NCBI GenBank assembly: GCA_964199315.1
Contig: OZ116708.1
Coordinates: 21,452,001-21,516,000 of the forward strand
Direction: 5' to 3'
DNA: 64,000 nt
DNA from: Orbicella franksi
Lineage: Eukaryota
The translations under genes and the position numbers were made by a program. Shown here piece after piece: positions 10,650 to 23,376 of the stretch. The notes under the pieces were generated by a model that saw only the letters and a program-made list of their open reading frames with translations, did no database searches and was not told the origin of the DNA. Position 1 is the stretch's first letter; each line of letters begins with the position of its first letter.

Positions 10650-11310
10650 GTCTTTTAATGCAGAATGCTTCTTGTGTTTATCATGTGCGCTGTGCTGAAG
10701 TGTTTCGGAACGCGTTTTTGGGGCCCTCTTTCTGTGGGTTCAGAAAGGTTCATTCTGTTACTAAACCAAGAATAAGCGCCTGTAAACTGAACAAAACAAG
10801 TCATATAAGTTCCTCTTGGTAGTGTAGAATCCCAGAAGAAAGGACCTTTCCCCCTCCCCCCCCCCCCCCCCTTTATATTCTGCCCCTATCCTACACCTGT
10901 TCCCTTAGCCAGTCCTGTTTGGCGTGGATGCAGACCTTTCTCCGATATGTATAATAATGTGTATTTTTTCTTCTTTTCTTTTTCTTGTTTCTTTGAAGAA
11001 GCAGATCTTAGATAAGGTAGATTAGGGGGGTGTTTACTCATGCTGGTGTGGGTTCCATAGCAAAAATGACGGTGATTTCATACTGCATGTAAATGATTTC
11101 TTTCGTTTCACATGCAACTTGCTCATGAACTCATGTCACACCATCTTGAATTGAATTATCAAAAACTACACATACCCTAAACATCGAAGTTTTCCGAGAG
11201 CCTAATTTCAAACCGCAATAGGTGATCGTTCGTTGTTTTAACATGGTACTACTGCTAGTTTTTGTATGGTAATGAAAATCTCAGTAAAGCAGTTACAGAC
11301 GCTACAGTGG

Positions 11311-11596
11311 CAGAACTCGGGCAGGGAAATCACACGCAGGCATAACGCAAATAGGCATAACGCAAAGAGGCATAACGCAAAGAGGTATCACGCAAAGAGG
11401 CATAATGCAAAGAGGCATAATGCAAAGAGGCATAACGCAAAGAGGCATATAACGCAATGCAAGTAGGCAGAACGCAGTGACAGAACTCGGGCAGGGAAAT
11501 CACACGTAAGCATGACGCAAGTGGGCATAACGCAAAGACGGGCATAACGCAAGTAGGTAGAACGTTGTGACAGAACTCGGGCAAGAAAATCACACG
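11311..11596. repeat. 15-bp minisatellite GGCATAACGCAAAGA nested in three CAGAACTCGGGCA(G/A)G(G/A)AAATCACACG repeats
   Basis: The first array has 7 units here, 5 in unit 2 (24032-24287) and 6 in unit 3 (37066-37336). Confidence 0.9.
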
Positions 11597-11877
11597 ATTA
11601 TTACAACGTCATTGATTTCGAAAAGCACCGTCCAGATTAAAATGCACAGCCAGTGTTTTCAATTTCCTCCGGTTTGAAGAGCGTTTTCGAAATGCTCCAT
11701 TCTCGTGAAGGATTAATGTGGACGGAGCCGTAGAGGAGGACGGGGCGTTATTGATCCTTGCTGAGAAACTTAATAAACTGTAAAGCCGTGAACGAAGATC
11801 CTGCTTGATTTCGACGTTGGATCTCACAGGAGATCTCATCAGCCAAACTTGAAAAGTATAACGATGAGAAATCAGCC

Positions 11878-12673
11878 TTCCTTTTACTGGCAGCAACACC
11901 TCTTGAAATCTCAAGGGCAATTAATGATACCATTTTGCTGCTCAGATCACTGGGGTTTACGATCCATGGCACAAAATCTGTCACCACGCCTACCCAAGTA
12001 ATCAACTTTCTGGGATTTACCCTAAATTCTCAGAACATGACCATTTCTATGGTCACCGGGAAAGCAGACACTGATAAAATCCAAGTGTCACGTTTTTGTC
12101 ATGAGCGCCTTGCTCGGGAGATTGGGTAACCACTCCCTACGTTTACGACTTAAAATAAAGTTACCTTACCTTACCTTACATGCAAGAGCCAGTTTCAGTT
12201 AAAGAGGTGGCCTCTGTAGAGGGCCTCATGGTATGAGCTTTCTCAGGTGTGCAGTATGCACCTCTGTTCTATAGGTCTCTGGAAAATGACAAAACTGATG
12301 CCTTGAAATGCAATGGTCGGGACCCTGAAGGGCAAATGACCCTTTTACCTCCGTCCAAACAGGACCTGCTATGGTGGATTTCTAATGTTGACCAATACCC
12401 AAAAGCTATTACTCCACAACCCCCTGATATAACACTCATGACAGACAGCTTACTGAAAGGCTGGGGAGGGGTGATAGAGGGTCATACCAGGAATCTAAAT
12501 TCCACATTAATTACTTGGAGACAAAGGAAATTCTGTTAGCCCTGCAGTCCCTTTGCGACCATGTGCAACGTTGCCAAATAAAAGTGATTTGTGAAAATAC
12601 AACTGCCGTACTCCTTTATCCGCAATATAGGTGGTACGAAATCTATAGTTTGCAATGACATGACTAGAGAAAT
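11878..12673 (+). mobile_element. DIRS1-type (tyrosine-recombinase) retrotransposon remnant, RT/RNase H
   Basis: Frameshifted fragments LLRSLGFTIHGTKSVTTPTQVINFLGFTLNS (RT C-terminus), DLLWWISNV, LMTDSLLKGWGG (TDAS..GWG RNase H motif) and KVICENTTAV..IRNIGGTKS (DNTTAV motif), as in DIRS1-class pol proteins. Confidence 0.8.
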
Positions 12674-12830
12674 ACGGTCGAACCTTCGGTTGCGACCACC
12701 GTTCGTAATCGACCACTTCTCCTCAGCGACCAGTATTCCAAAAGACCAAAAGTTTCCAAGTCAACTCACTATATTTGAACCTCTTGTAAGCGACCACCTC
12801 TCGTAAGCGACCGCGACCACTTTTAGAGCT
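12674..12830. mobile_element. Short repeat/MITE fragment with GCGACCAC subrepeats, truncating the DIRS remnant
   Basis: Begins TAC(G/A)GTCGAACC exactly where RNase H homology stops and contains several (TAA)GCGACCAC motifs. Present in all three units. Confidence 0.5.
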
Positions 12831-12893
12831 AAAAGTTTTGTTTTTGCTCATGGATGACGTAGTCTTCCATGAGCTTAGAAGGCAGTCGAATGG

Positions 12894-12938
12894 CACTCAC
12901 TCACTCACTCACTCACCCACTCACTCACTCACTCACTC
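12894..12938. repeat. (CACT)n microsatellite
   Basis: About 11 near-perfect units here, shorter in unit 3 (38641-38676). The corresponding position in unit 2 is the N gap. Confidence 0.9.
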
Positions 12939-15552
12939 GATTCTGATTAATTTATTCATTAAACCTGGATTAAACAATTATCTACTACTTCCCCTACTAA
13001 GTAATGTTTTTGTCCAAGAGTGTTCGGTCGTCTTGAAGAAGGTTTTTTGACGAAATAGAAGACGAGGGGAAGACGCGGGGGACTAGAAAGGCGTACATTT
13101 TTGCCCAAGAAATCGAGAGCCTGGGTGCGAGTTTGTCGGGCACCCTGAAGTCGGCCATTTTGGCTTCATGTGATTTTCTTTCGTAAATATGTTGTTTTTT
13201 GCCTATCGGCTTTTGCTCACACGTGGATGAAAGCTGGTAGAGGTATTTATGACTGTGGTCATGTATCGGTCACAACAACGCGGTCGGCGAGGTCAAAGAA
13301 TTGATACGAGAGACCCTGTAAGACAAAGTCAGAAAGTGGGATCGTGTTAACTTAGCATATGGGGCAAATTAAGCTCGTAGCTTTTTTTCTTGGCAAGAGA
13401 ATTTGATGGTTTCCACTCGCTTTCTCTCCTTGTGGAGTCCAAGGTAAGCTTAAGTTCTTGTTGAGTTTTAGTTTCATTGTTTCTTTATTGTTTTATTTTG
13501 TAATAATAATAATAGTAATAATAAAGATCTTTCAGCAGGGAGCCCACTTCACATACATGTGGTTTTCAGTGGGGCCCTGCAAAAATAAAATTGCAAAAGC
13601 TAAAGAAATAGTAGATTAAAAATAATAATAAAATTTAACCATTGTACTAATAGAAATATAGAAAACAGAAAAAAAAATGGTAATTAAAAATTAAAAATTA
13701 AGAAATACCCCTAATTCGACGGAAGTTCGAAATTTGTACGTAGTAAGCTTATTTTAAAATACTTCAAGTAAGAAATTCGATTTGCCTCATCGTTTCGTTC
13801 TGTTGTCGTTCACACTACATTTCTTTTGTATTCCATGCAGTTTGACCAGAGTGGAAATTTCTTCACAGATGGTATACGCGTCAACCTACATGTACGATCG
13901 AGTAAATACGAGCTATGTTGAAATATTTTAGTGATGGACGGACAAATTAAAGCAATTAAGTCCAAGAGACTGTGTAGATCTATTTTTTACAAGGGAGATA
14001 TATGCTGTCCAATTGCATCAGGATGGGGGTGCTCGTCGTAACAGATAAATTGTGAGGGGCGGGTGAGGGGTGGAGGGGTAGTGTTTACCTGAATCATACC
14101 AGGATCATTGACTTTCACACCCGTATGAGTTCATCCTAGTTCCCTCCCCGGGGGTACTTTGATATAAAAGGGACGTGGGTGTCCTTCGGAAATTTTTGAA
14201 AAGAATTCCCAAGAGGTACCAAGATCCAATTTTGTGGGCGTGGGTTGAAATTTTTTCTTTCCTAAGAGGTACCAAATATTCTTAAACAACACATTAACTG
14301 ACGATTGCTTCGAATACCCTCTATTCGTAAAGTTGATTATCAAATATTTCCTCATATTTTGGGGGGCTTAATACCCTGCTCCTGCTGTGGACCTTTTGAA
14401 GCTGAACACCATAAGAGGTTGCGTGAATGAATTACATAGTTCAACTTGAATTAAGAAGTTTCCGCGTAGCCGGCTACAAAGAACTTAATTTGAGTGGCAG
14501 GGTACTCTGCAGTTGAACCGAAAGGTATAATAATATGAAATATCGTGGGATACTAAATGGTATAGAACTCGCAGGCGTTGCGTAACTAGTTGCGTTCAGA
14601 GCTTGTAAGAAGTATAATTCCCCGCAATCTGCTTTTGGTTTTCTGTCTGTTTCCACTCAAAACTTTTTACAGAGAAGAAAAAAGATACACATTATTTTAC
14701 AACTAAGCAAGAAATGATCTCGAAGAAAGGTCTGCGTGCACACCGAACAAGTTTGGCGACGAGCAGTGATGTAGGGAAGGGGTAGAATCATACTGGAGAG
14801 AGGAGGGGGGAGGCCCTTTCTTCTGGGATTCTACAATACCAAGAGAAACTTAAAGGACTTGTTTTGCTCAGTTTATAGTTGGTCACTTCTGGGTTTTAGG
14901 GAACACCGAATTAACCTTTATGAACCTACAGAAGGAGACGGCAGGAAAAAATGGCTCCGAAACAGTCCTATATATAGACTCGATATATAGTGTAACACTT
15001 GGACACATTAGACATAGTAAGCAAAAAAAAAGCAATCGATTTGATGTGGCACAAAAAGAGGCTTTATTAACTTTGTTTAATTCAGTATTGGCTTTTAAAT
15101 GGTAACTATCTAATTAAGACACTGACATACAATTAATTTATCACAACTTTGCTAAAGCTATTAGTTGCTATTGCATATCGACAAGCTCACTTAAACAAGT
15201 TTAGTCACGTTGAAATAATTTGAAAGAGTTGTCATTATAGAAAACTGAAATAAAATCTTACTTTTTTAAACCAAAAAATTAAAACAAATCTTTGTAGCGC
15301 GACTTAAAATGTATTGATCTGTTTGCTTGACTCCAAAGTTTTTATTAATAGCAAAACTGTAAACTGAACTCGATCATATAACGCCTAATTTCTACTGATT
15401 TTAGTCACTCAAAATCCACTTGGTTAAAAAAGAAAAGCCGAAAAAAAAAAAAACAAGCTGGTTAAAGAAGAAAAGCCGGCTTGCCCTGCCAGCTTTTCTT
15501 CTTTCTGCCCTTTCTTTTTTTAACCCGGCATAAATTAGGGGGGCCCCCGCAC

Positions 15553-18358
15553 TTAATCGCATTCGTTTGTGCATATTGTTTCGGTAACGGTATACTTGAT
15601 TATCCAAAGTATAACAACAGTTTTCGTAACAGTTCTACACACTTCCTTACAGTGTCGTCTGATACCTAGAACAACAATCAAAAGCTCAGTTAATTCGGAA
15701 TGAGAGGGCAAAGTGAGCGCATAGCTGATTGAACTTGTATTTTTTCGAATTGTGCTCAAAATCTGCTGCAATCATTTCTGCTCTTTCTGCTCATTTAGTC
15801 GATTGATGCACAAAAACAGAAGAAAACACTGACCCTTCTGCGTATATGTGAGACCGATGACAATCGCCTTTTCCTAATCTATGAAAGAGATAGATATCAA
15901 GTGCAGCGGGGATTTATGAGGCGTGCAATGTGAGGCGATGGTGAAAAACAGCACGAAATCCAAAAGAAAATACAAATCAGACATGAGGTCAACGGCTACC
16001 ATAGCTATTAATTTTTAAATTAATGTCAATTTAATGATGCACAGCATACTGATGCCGGCTTTAAAAACTATGTAATCTTAGCGTCGCTGATAATTTCCTT
16101 AACAGAGAAGGAAGATAGAGTTGAAAAAAATGTACGCGTGTTTCACTTACGTTTTGCGGCTGCTTTGCCCGTGGTTAAGCTTCTCGGTTCCCTATCTACC
16201 TTGGCAACAAGATAAATGGGTAGCTCTGCACACAGATCCTTCATTTCGTCAATCAGATTGCCACGTGCATTGTCATCAAGAGTCCCCACAGCCTCCAATT
16301 TCACTACAGGTGGACTTTTGTTCATCGTAAATCCCGCGTCGTTGTCCTAGTGGGATTAAATTAACAAACTGACCCTCTGAACTACTGTACAGTCATGATA
16401 GTTACTACTGAAATTTCTAAAGACGACGCGGAACGTTTTGTGCAGAATCTCTAATCTGTAGGCATGACAAAGGAAGCAAGACTAGATCTAGTTTAAATAC
16501 ACTATACATATAAGGAAGCTGTTTTGCCAGTTCTCCATTAAACCATGCTACTGTGTTAATACTATTGCACAACAGTGGATGTTTGCCTCATTGCCAAAGC
16601 TTCTGTTTAGAAATTGTTTCCAGTTCTCCCGCTAATATATTTTACCACGCGCGTTGCCTAGAGATATTTTCTTCGATGATGTAAGAAGGATAAGTAATAA
16701 CAGGTATTTCAGTTAATTTTCAATCTTATTTTGAGTACCTTGAATTTCAACAATTGATCACAATGAAACATGGGATATAAACTTACCAGAAGGCGCGCCA
16801 AGTCGGCCGGTTTAGGAACATTTTCAGTTGATAGACTGAGATAGCACGATTTGGCCTCTGGCATACGGATCATCATAAAATTCTGCAAAGTTCGAATACA
16901 TTAGTTATTTGAAAGCGTTGTATAAAGGTAACGCTTCTACACTAAGATAACATGTCACACAGGTCATATGAATTTTGCCTTGAAATTGACCCATTTTGCA
17001 CACTACTCAAAATGGCCTTAACCCATAAGCTAGTTAACTGCTTGTTCCTTTACACGTAGTGTACACGTCTTATTTCAATGTATATACGAAGAGAACTCCT
17101 TGCTAAGCGAAATGTTGTGCCTTGGATATCGCCGAAAATCTTTGGAAGTAATAACGAATGAATGAATCATATCTTTATACTAGCCTCGTACCCTCCCCTC
17201 TCTCTGAACAGGTCTTCCTACTTCTGATATTCGCCTCGACCTCGATAGCAAGTTATAAATTAGTGAATCGAACATGCAGTGCTCTAAAGTCACTAACCTT
17301 TTTAAAGTCAATGACCACGTCTGCCTCTTCTTTATCAGGCGAAGTCTTTGGCACATGGAAAGTCTCTGTTTCCTTCTTTGTGTCAATTTCAACCTCTTCC
17401 TCTTCCTCTTTTCCATCTTCTGTCTTCAATTTTAATCTGTATTTCTTCACCGGATCACTAGCAGGTGAATCCTGCAAAGCCTGAAGAACGAAAAGGTATA
17501 CCTGCATTTCAACTCATCTGATTATACTGAGAGAGGATCAGGATAGCTTGGGTCCGAATTTGGTCGTCTTGAAAGTTCCATGAAAGTAAGCAATATTAGA
17601 AAGCAGGGAATTTCCTCTCAACTAATATTACACTGACACACATCGCTAAGCAAGTTTTAATCTGTAAGTCATGTGCTCTTGGATACGAACAAATACATCA
17701 AATGAAAACGCATGCGGCAGAGAAAGCAAATATCTGTTGTTATACTTCAACCGTTACCTTTTCCTCAGGTGAACCGCATTTGCAGATTGACGAGGCAGAC
17801 ACAGCGACAATCGACAGAGCAAGGCACAAAATGAACAATTTGAAACCCTAAAGAGGAAAATTAGGTAAATGAACTTTTTAAGTATCCTCTCTTATCAACT
17901 GAATTAGCGACTAAACGTTTTACAGCGAGGATCCCGCGGCATGCAGCACAAGTGTGACCTCTTTTGGTCAATTCCCATTGTTTCGTGCAGATCATCCAAT
18001 TAGAAGACAGGTTGCTTGAAGAAAAACAATTCAAAACCGCAAGTGATCGTGCGGGAAAGATTAAGTTCAAACTTTACAGTTTTAATTGTTAAATCGTACT
18101 CAAACCTAATTTGCAGCTCCAAAATGTGAAATGTTTACCACAAAATCAAATAAACAGGCATCTGCTTGACAGCCTATTTGCCCGGCAACAACTTAAAACT
18201 CAAGAAGTGATGAGAAATAATTTCTAGCGCCAGTATAAATGCATTCTTGCGTACTTTAACTCGAAAATACGACAAAATTTCTGGGTATATTTTGTTGTCT
18301 TGCTTTTGTGTATGGATCTAGCAGCAGACAAATGGCAAAATGAAAATAGACTTACCAT
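15553..18358 (-). CDS. Secreted BRICHOS-domain precursor with a C-terminal 4-Cys Thr/Val/Ile-rich beta-hairpin peptide (gene 2, 226 aa)
   Basis: Coding exons 18358-18356, 17847-17758, 17480-17298, 16882-16787, 16346-16151 and 15665-15553; GT-AG with the same phases as gene 1. C-terminus: REPRSLTTGKAAAKRIRR-HCKEVCRTVTKTVVILWIIKYTVTETICTNECD*. Confidence 0.88.
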
Positions 18359-21300
18359 TTTTCTTTTGTGAAAAAGCGTCAAGTCTTCTTTCCTCTTGTA
18401 GCTGATGCAAAGTAGTATGGATGCAGGTTCATATGAGCGAACCCTTTTTATATCATCTGAAGGTTGTACAATGCCACCTCACTCCGGCTTAATCGGCTGA
18501 TATCTGAAAATGTTACACCTAAATTTGACCTGACCTGGTTTCAGCACATTGGTGGCATAGTTGCTTCGCTATTTCTATGAAATTACAGGAAGTAGCGCTG
18601 AAACGGTGTGGCTATTTTCGACCAAAGCTCGTATGCCAGGTGCCCTCGTTTCAGCACTTCCTTGAGACATGAATGGATAAAGCCTACCATGAATGCAAAA
18701 AGGCAAAAATAAAGATATCGTATATCATAATAAGGATAAAGATAAATTGCCAGAGCCTTCAGCCGGTGAAACGTGTTGAAAGTCTCACTGAGAATTATCG
18801 CTGATTCAGTGTGAGAGGTCATGTATGTTTGCGGTAAGCAAAAGATTTAGTTAAAATTACTAGGACTGACGGTTGCAAAGAGCTAAAAGGAGGACATATT
18901 AAAAAGAATGATACAGCAGTCTGAATATGAAAAATGCTCTGCTAGCAACTGTCCCAATGATCGTTCCTCCCTGTTTCCGTCATGATTTGAATACACTATT
19001 TAATATATGGGGAGTCACCGCAATCTAGGCGGCGTACTGGTAGAATATCGGCCCGAGGTCTTGACAGTGCGGACCGAATACATGGAGGTCGATACAAAAA
19101 AAAAAACAGGAAAAAAAAACGGAAGGTCAATATTGTCCCAGTACGGTCCCGAGTATTATAGGTTAAGTAATAAGAGATTACAAGACTAAATATGTTTATA
19201 TCAGTATATAAAAAAGTGCCACTATCAGGGACTGTAAAAAAACGCGCAATTCTGATTGGGAGCCGACTAGGTGAAGGGAAAGAGAGTTGGAAGAAAAAGA
19301 AAAGGATTCTTTTTGTTTTTTTTCAGGAACGTAAGCCATAAAACAAACAGCTTCAAGAGTGATCGCGTGGGCTTCAAGAGTGGTCACGCGGGATCATTCG
19401 GGACAGTGCCCGGTCCATTTACTGAGAGATCATTAGACCGGCGATAGAGCAATAGATTTTAGTTATTGGTCCTCTGAACTAACTTAGTCGTGTTACAAAC
19501 TCATAAACAAATGACTGACAAGAATTTGTGTTGTTGTTCCTTTGTTTTTTCCTGCTGATAGCGTGACATTTCAGATAAACAAGAAATCAGGTTAAAATAC
19601 ATAGGAAACAAAGAGGGAAATTCTAAACTTTTAAAACAGGTTTTCATTCAATTTTTAAGTCGCTAGATTTTTGGTATCTCTTGCTTATGATAAAGCTGAC
19701 CTCTCACATTTTATGCATCAGAGACACTTTACATATTTCATTCTTGAACGCTCCTTCTCAATATCATGATATAAGATATCTTTAGTTTTGCCCTTTTCGC
19801 GCTTCCTTTAGTTATGGTGCTACTGCGCATCGCACAAACCTGAACTGAACACGTGTAGTCCAGTTCCTGAACCTCCACACTACCAGAGAACTTCCGGAGT
19901 AATAAAAATTGCAAAAAAAAAAATCTTCTTCCCATAGGTCCTCTATTTTATGTCTCAAGTAAGGAGGGAACTGGGGAGAGCTAGCAGAGACGAGGTCTGA
20001 TAGAGGAGAGCGAAACCGTTCCTGTAATTCTCTAGGAAATATCGAAGCAATTTTGCAAGTAATGCGCTGAAACAAGGTCAGGTCAAATTATAAGGAGTAA
20101 CATTTCGTGATATCCGGTTAATAATGTCTCTACTAGTGTACAGTGAACTTAGAGATTTAGGAACTTGACTATCAGCTCAAGTTTGTGCCATGCGCAGTAG
20201 TTCTACAACTGAAAAAAGTTCAAAAAGGGCAAAAAAAGACATCTCATATAATAACCAAAAAGAGGATATATTTAATACGGAAGCCATGAAGAGTCTGAAA
20301 CGTGTCGTGGAAGTGTCTCCGATGCAGTGTGAGAGGTCAGGTTTATTATAAGCAAAAGATACCAAAAACTAAGGTCAACTGACTTAAAATATCACGATAT
20401 AAAAGATTTCAAAGCTAACAAGCTTGTGGGGTCGTGTACTTCAAAACTGCTAGAACTGCAGAAAGTGCTAATGCGAGGACATATTAAAAAGAATGGTACA
20501 GCAGTGAACATGAACAATACTCTGCTAGCATGGCGAAGTTCCTTCCTCTCCCCGGTTAAATTCACTATTTGATATATTTATTTACAAATGACTCAAGAGA
20601 CATTTTCTTTCAACCCCTGACTGCGTGACATTTCAGATAGACAAAACGACAATGTGGCCAAATTAATGAGTGAACCCTTCGAGGCTGGAAGAAAAGATAA
20701 AAAGTTAAGACGAGTGAAATTCAAAACTTTTGAAGCAGTTTTTTATTCCGTGGGATGGCTCCGGCGTAAAAAGGACCAGGGAGCTCGTCGGAAATTTTGA
20801 AAAGAACCCCTAGGAGGTACCAAGATCCTGTTTTGCGAGCGTGGCTTGAAAAATTTTTTCACCCCTGAAGAGGTCACAGTTCCAAAACAACAAACTATTC
20901 GGCTAGTCACTGTTTTCGGCTCAATGCCTTGAAAGGTACTGTCAGAGGCTCCCGCTGTGGAGCTTTTGAAAATACTGACCACTCTAAGAGGTGCCGAAAC
21001 AGCTTTTTACGTGTTACAAAGCACGACGAGTCCCACTGTTTTATTTTGTTTCAACTGTGTAGTCAACTGATCTGGGTTTTTGGTATCATTTAGCTTATAA
21101 GGAATAAACCTGACCTCACACACTGCATCAGAGACCCTCCCATGACATGTTTCACTCTCCAAGGTCCCGGAAATTTATCCTCCTTCGCATTATAATGATA
21201 TAGGAGATCTTTGTCTTTGCCCTTTGTGCACTTCCTTCAGTTATGGTTCTACTGCGCATCGCAAAAACCTGAGCTGAACACGTGTAGTCCAGTTCCTAAA

Positions 21301-22116
21301 GCGCCGCCACGGGGAAAAGGATGTCTAAGTCCAGGATTTTAACGGGAGCCGGAACTGGTTGTGTTATTCGCAGAACTACTATAACTGACGGAAGTGCTAA
21401 TGCGAGGGCGTATTGAAAAAAAAAAAAAAAAAAAAAAAAAAATGGTACAGCAGTGAATATAAGCAATACTCTGCCAGTAGAGTCGCCGTGATCGTTCCGT
21501 GCTCTTTCCGGTCTTTCTATAGAAGATCGAAGTGGTACCGGCTGTTGTTCAGACTAGTTGAAAAGTGTTCCGGGGGAGTCCAAGTGAAAAGTTAGGTTAT
21601 ACAACGGACATGGAAATGGATATGGAGATGTGGCTAAGATCTACTGATCTCCGGAGACCAGTAATAAACATTGCCAAAATTTCACCTTTCTATTTTTGTT
21701 GCTGTTTTTGTAGCGTCACAATCAATCTGGCTGAATTAGTTAGGTCACCTCGTTCTTTCCCCCTTCTCTTGCCCCGGTTACCCAAATACCCCGGGGTCCG
21801 GGAAATCGTCTACTGTAAAGTAACCCTGCCGCAACAACTATCTCTTCTGGGACATGGAAATAAACCCAAAAAATGATGAATTCATTGCTAACTAAGCAAG
21901 CGTTTGTCACTTTAAAAATCACATAAATTTTCCCCTAAAACAATTCTTAATCCAGTACTGAAATTTTGGTTCTGACGCTTCCTGGTTTAGAATTTCTTTA
22001 CAGTACGGTAGGCTTTGTGCATTTATGTAAGGAAGAAGTGCTGAAACGAGGACAGTATGCAGACAACCTTCGATCGACAAAAACGAAAGCAACTCTGCCA
22101 GCAATGCACTGAAACA

Positions 22117-23376
22117 AGGTCAGGTCAAATTATAAAGATTAACATTTCCTGATATCAGGTTAATAATGAAAAAACATTGTGCAACCTTCAGGTGATATAA
22201 AAAGGGTTCGCTCACATGAACCTGCATTTATACTACTCATTTGCACAGCTACAAGAAGAAAGAAGACTTAACGCTTTTTCACGAGAGAAAAGTGGTAAGT
22301 TTAATTGTATTGGAAGATATTTTTATTTTTATGTGCTATTTGTGTGCTGGTAGATTCATAAACAATGTCAGTGTAAAAGTTCCAGGCGGCCTGTGTTTTG
22401 CTTTGGATAGAACAAAGTGTACTGATCGATCACATGCTTTGATTTTGAAGAGGAGAAAGGCCGGTTCCTATTTGTTTAAAATGTTTTTTCAAGATAGACG
22501 CACAAGTTTCCTCAATTTAAATTGTTACCAAATGTACTTGCGTGACAGAAGTTTCCGAAACGTTTCTTTCGCGTTTCTAAGACTGACAATGTCCGTGAAT
22601 GTATACTGATTTCACCTTTTAACATTTTGGATTTGCGAAATTAGTTTAGGCCAAAAACTGTAAATTTGGCTTGAAAGATTCAGTCACTATTAAGAGGGGT
22701 TGAATATAAGTAAGAATATCCACAAGAATATTTTCAGCCTAAAATAGGAAAAAAAATAAGCCTTGGCCGGAAAAACAATATTCTTACAATAAAAAAGAGT
22801 GTAACTGGTTCAGGCTATAAAAAGGGCCCCGTCGGTGGTTCCCAATCGGCCATCAGCTCTCATCATGAACACAATTTTATAGCAAATTTTTAACTGAGCT
22901 TCTGTTTGTTGTTCTAGGTATCAAACGAGGCTGTTACAAGGTGTGCACAACTAGGATGAAAACATGTTCTGCTGGCGCCATTCCGTAACAACGTGCTCAG
23001 AGAAATGCGAGAAATAAGCATCGTGTTTCCAACCAAGTGGTACTTGAGGGAATTAATAAGTACAAAGTGCTATATGATCGAGTCCAGTTTACAGTTTCCA
23101 TTGATAATAACAGTTTGAAGTCAAGTAAAGTGATCAATATATTTCAAGTCGAGTTACAAAGCTTTATTTTATTATTATCATTTGTTGTTTTGTTTCAGCA
23201 AAGTAAGATTTTGTTACAATTTCAGTTATTTTTAAATTACAACTCTTACAGTTTATTCCAACGTGACTAAGCATGTCAAAGTAAGCTTGTCGATACTGGA
23301 ATAGCAATAGCAAAGTTGTGATAAATTGCATGTGGCTTAATTACATGATTACAATTTTAAATGTAAATTTAATAAA
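22117..23376 (+). pseudogene. Internally deleted inverted BRICHOS paralog (unit 2)
   Basis: Same structure as 9390-10649. GTG at 22292-22294; frameshifted peptide exon at 22918-23017. Confidence 0.8.

Larger units (their letters stand above)
1712..14021. repeat. Tandem segmental duplication, unit 1 (~12.3 kb)
   Basis: The ORF track recurs at an offset of ~12.72 kb (4530/17253, 5861/18583, 9514/22241). ~4.4-14.0 kb is near-identical to unit 2, while ~1.9-4.4 kb is clearly more diverged from it. The left edge is placed at AGGATGGGGGTGCT (1712), which matches the junction at 14020. Confidence 0.9.

Noticed and set aside
11266-11593. ORFs with RHNAK / YASLR repeats
   Set aside because: These are translations of the 15-bp minisatellite. 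Length varies between units and there is no gene structure.
11311-11596. CRISPR-like look: three ~26-bp direct repeats with intervening sequence
   Set aside because: The 'spacers' are themselves arrays of related 15-mers, the context is eukaryotic, and there are no cas genes. It is a compound minisatellite.
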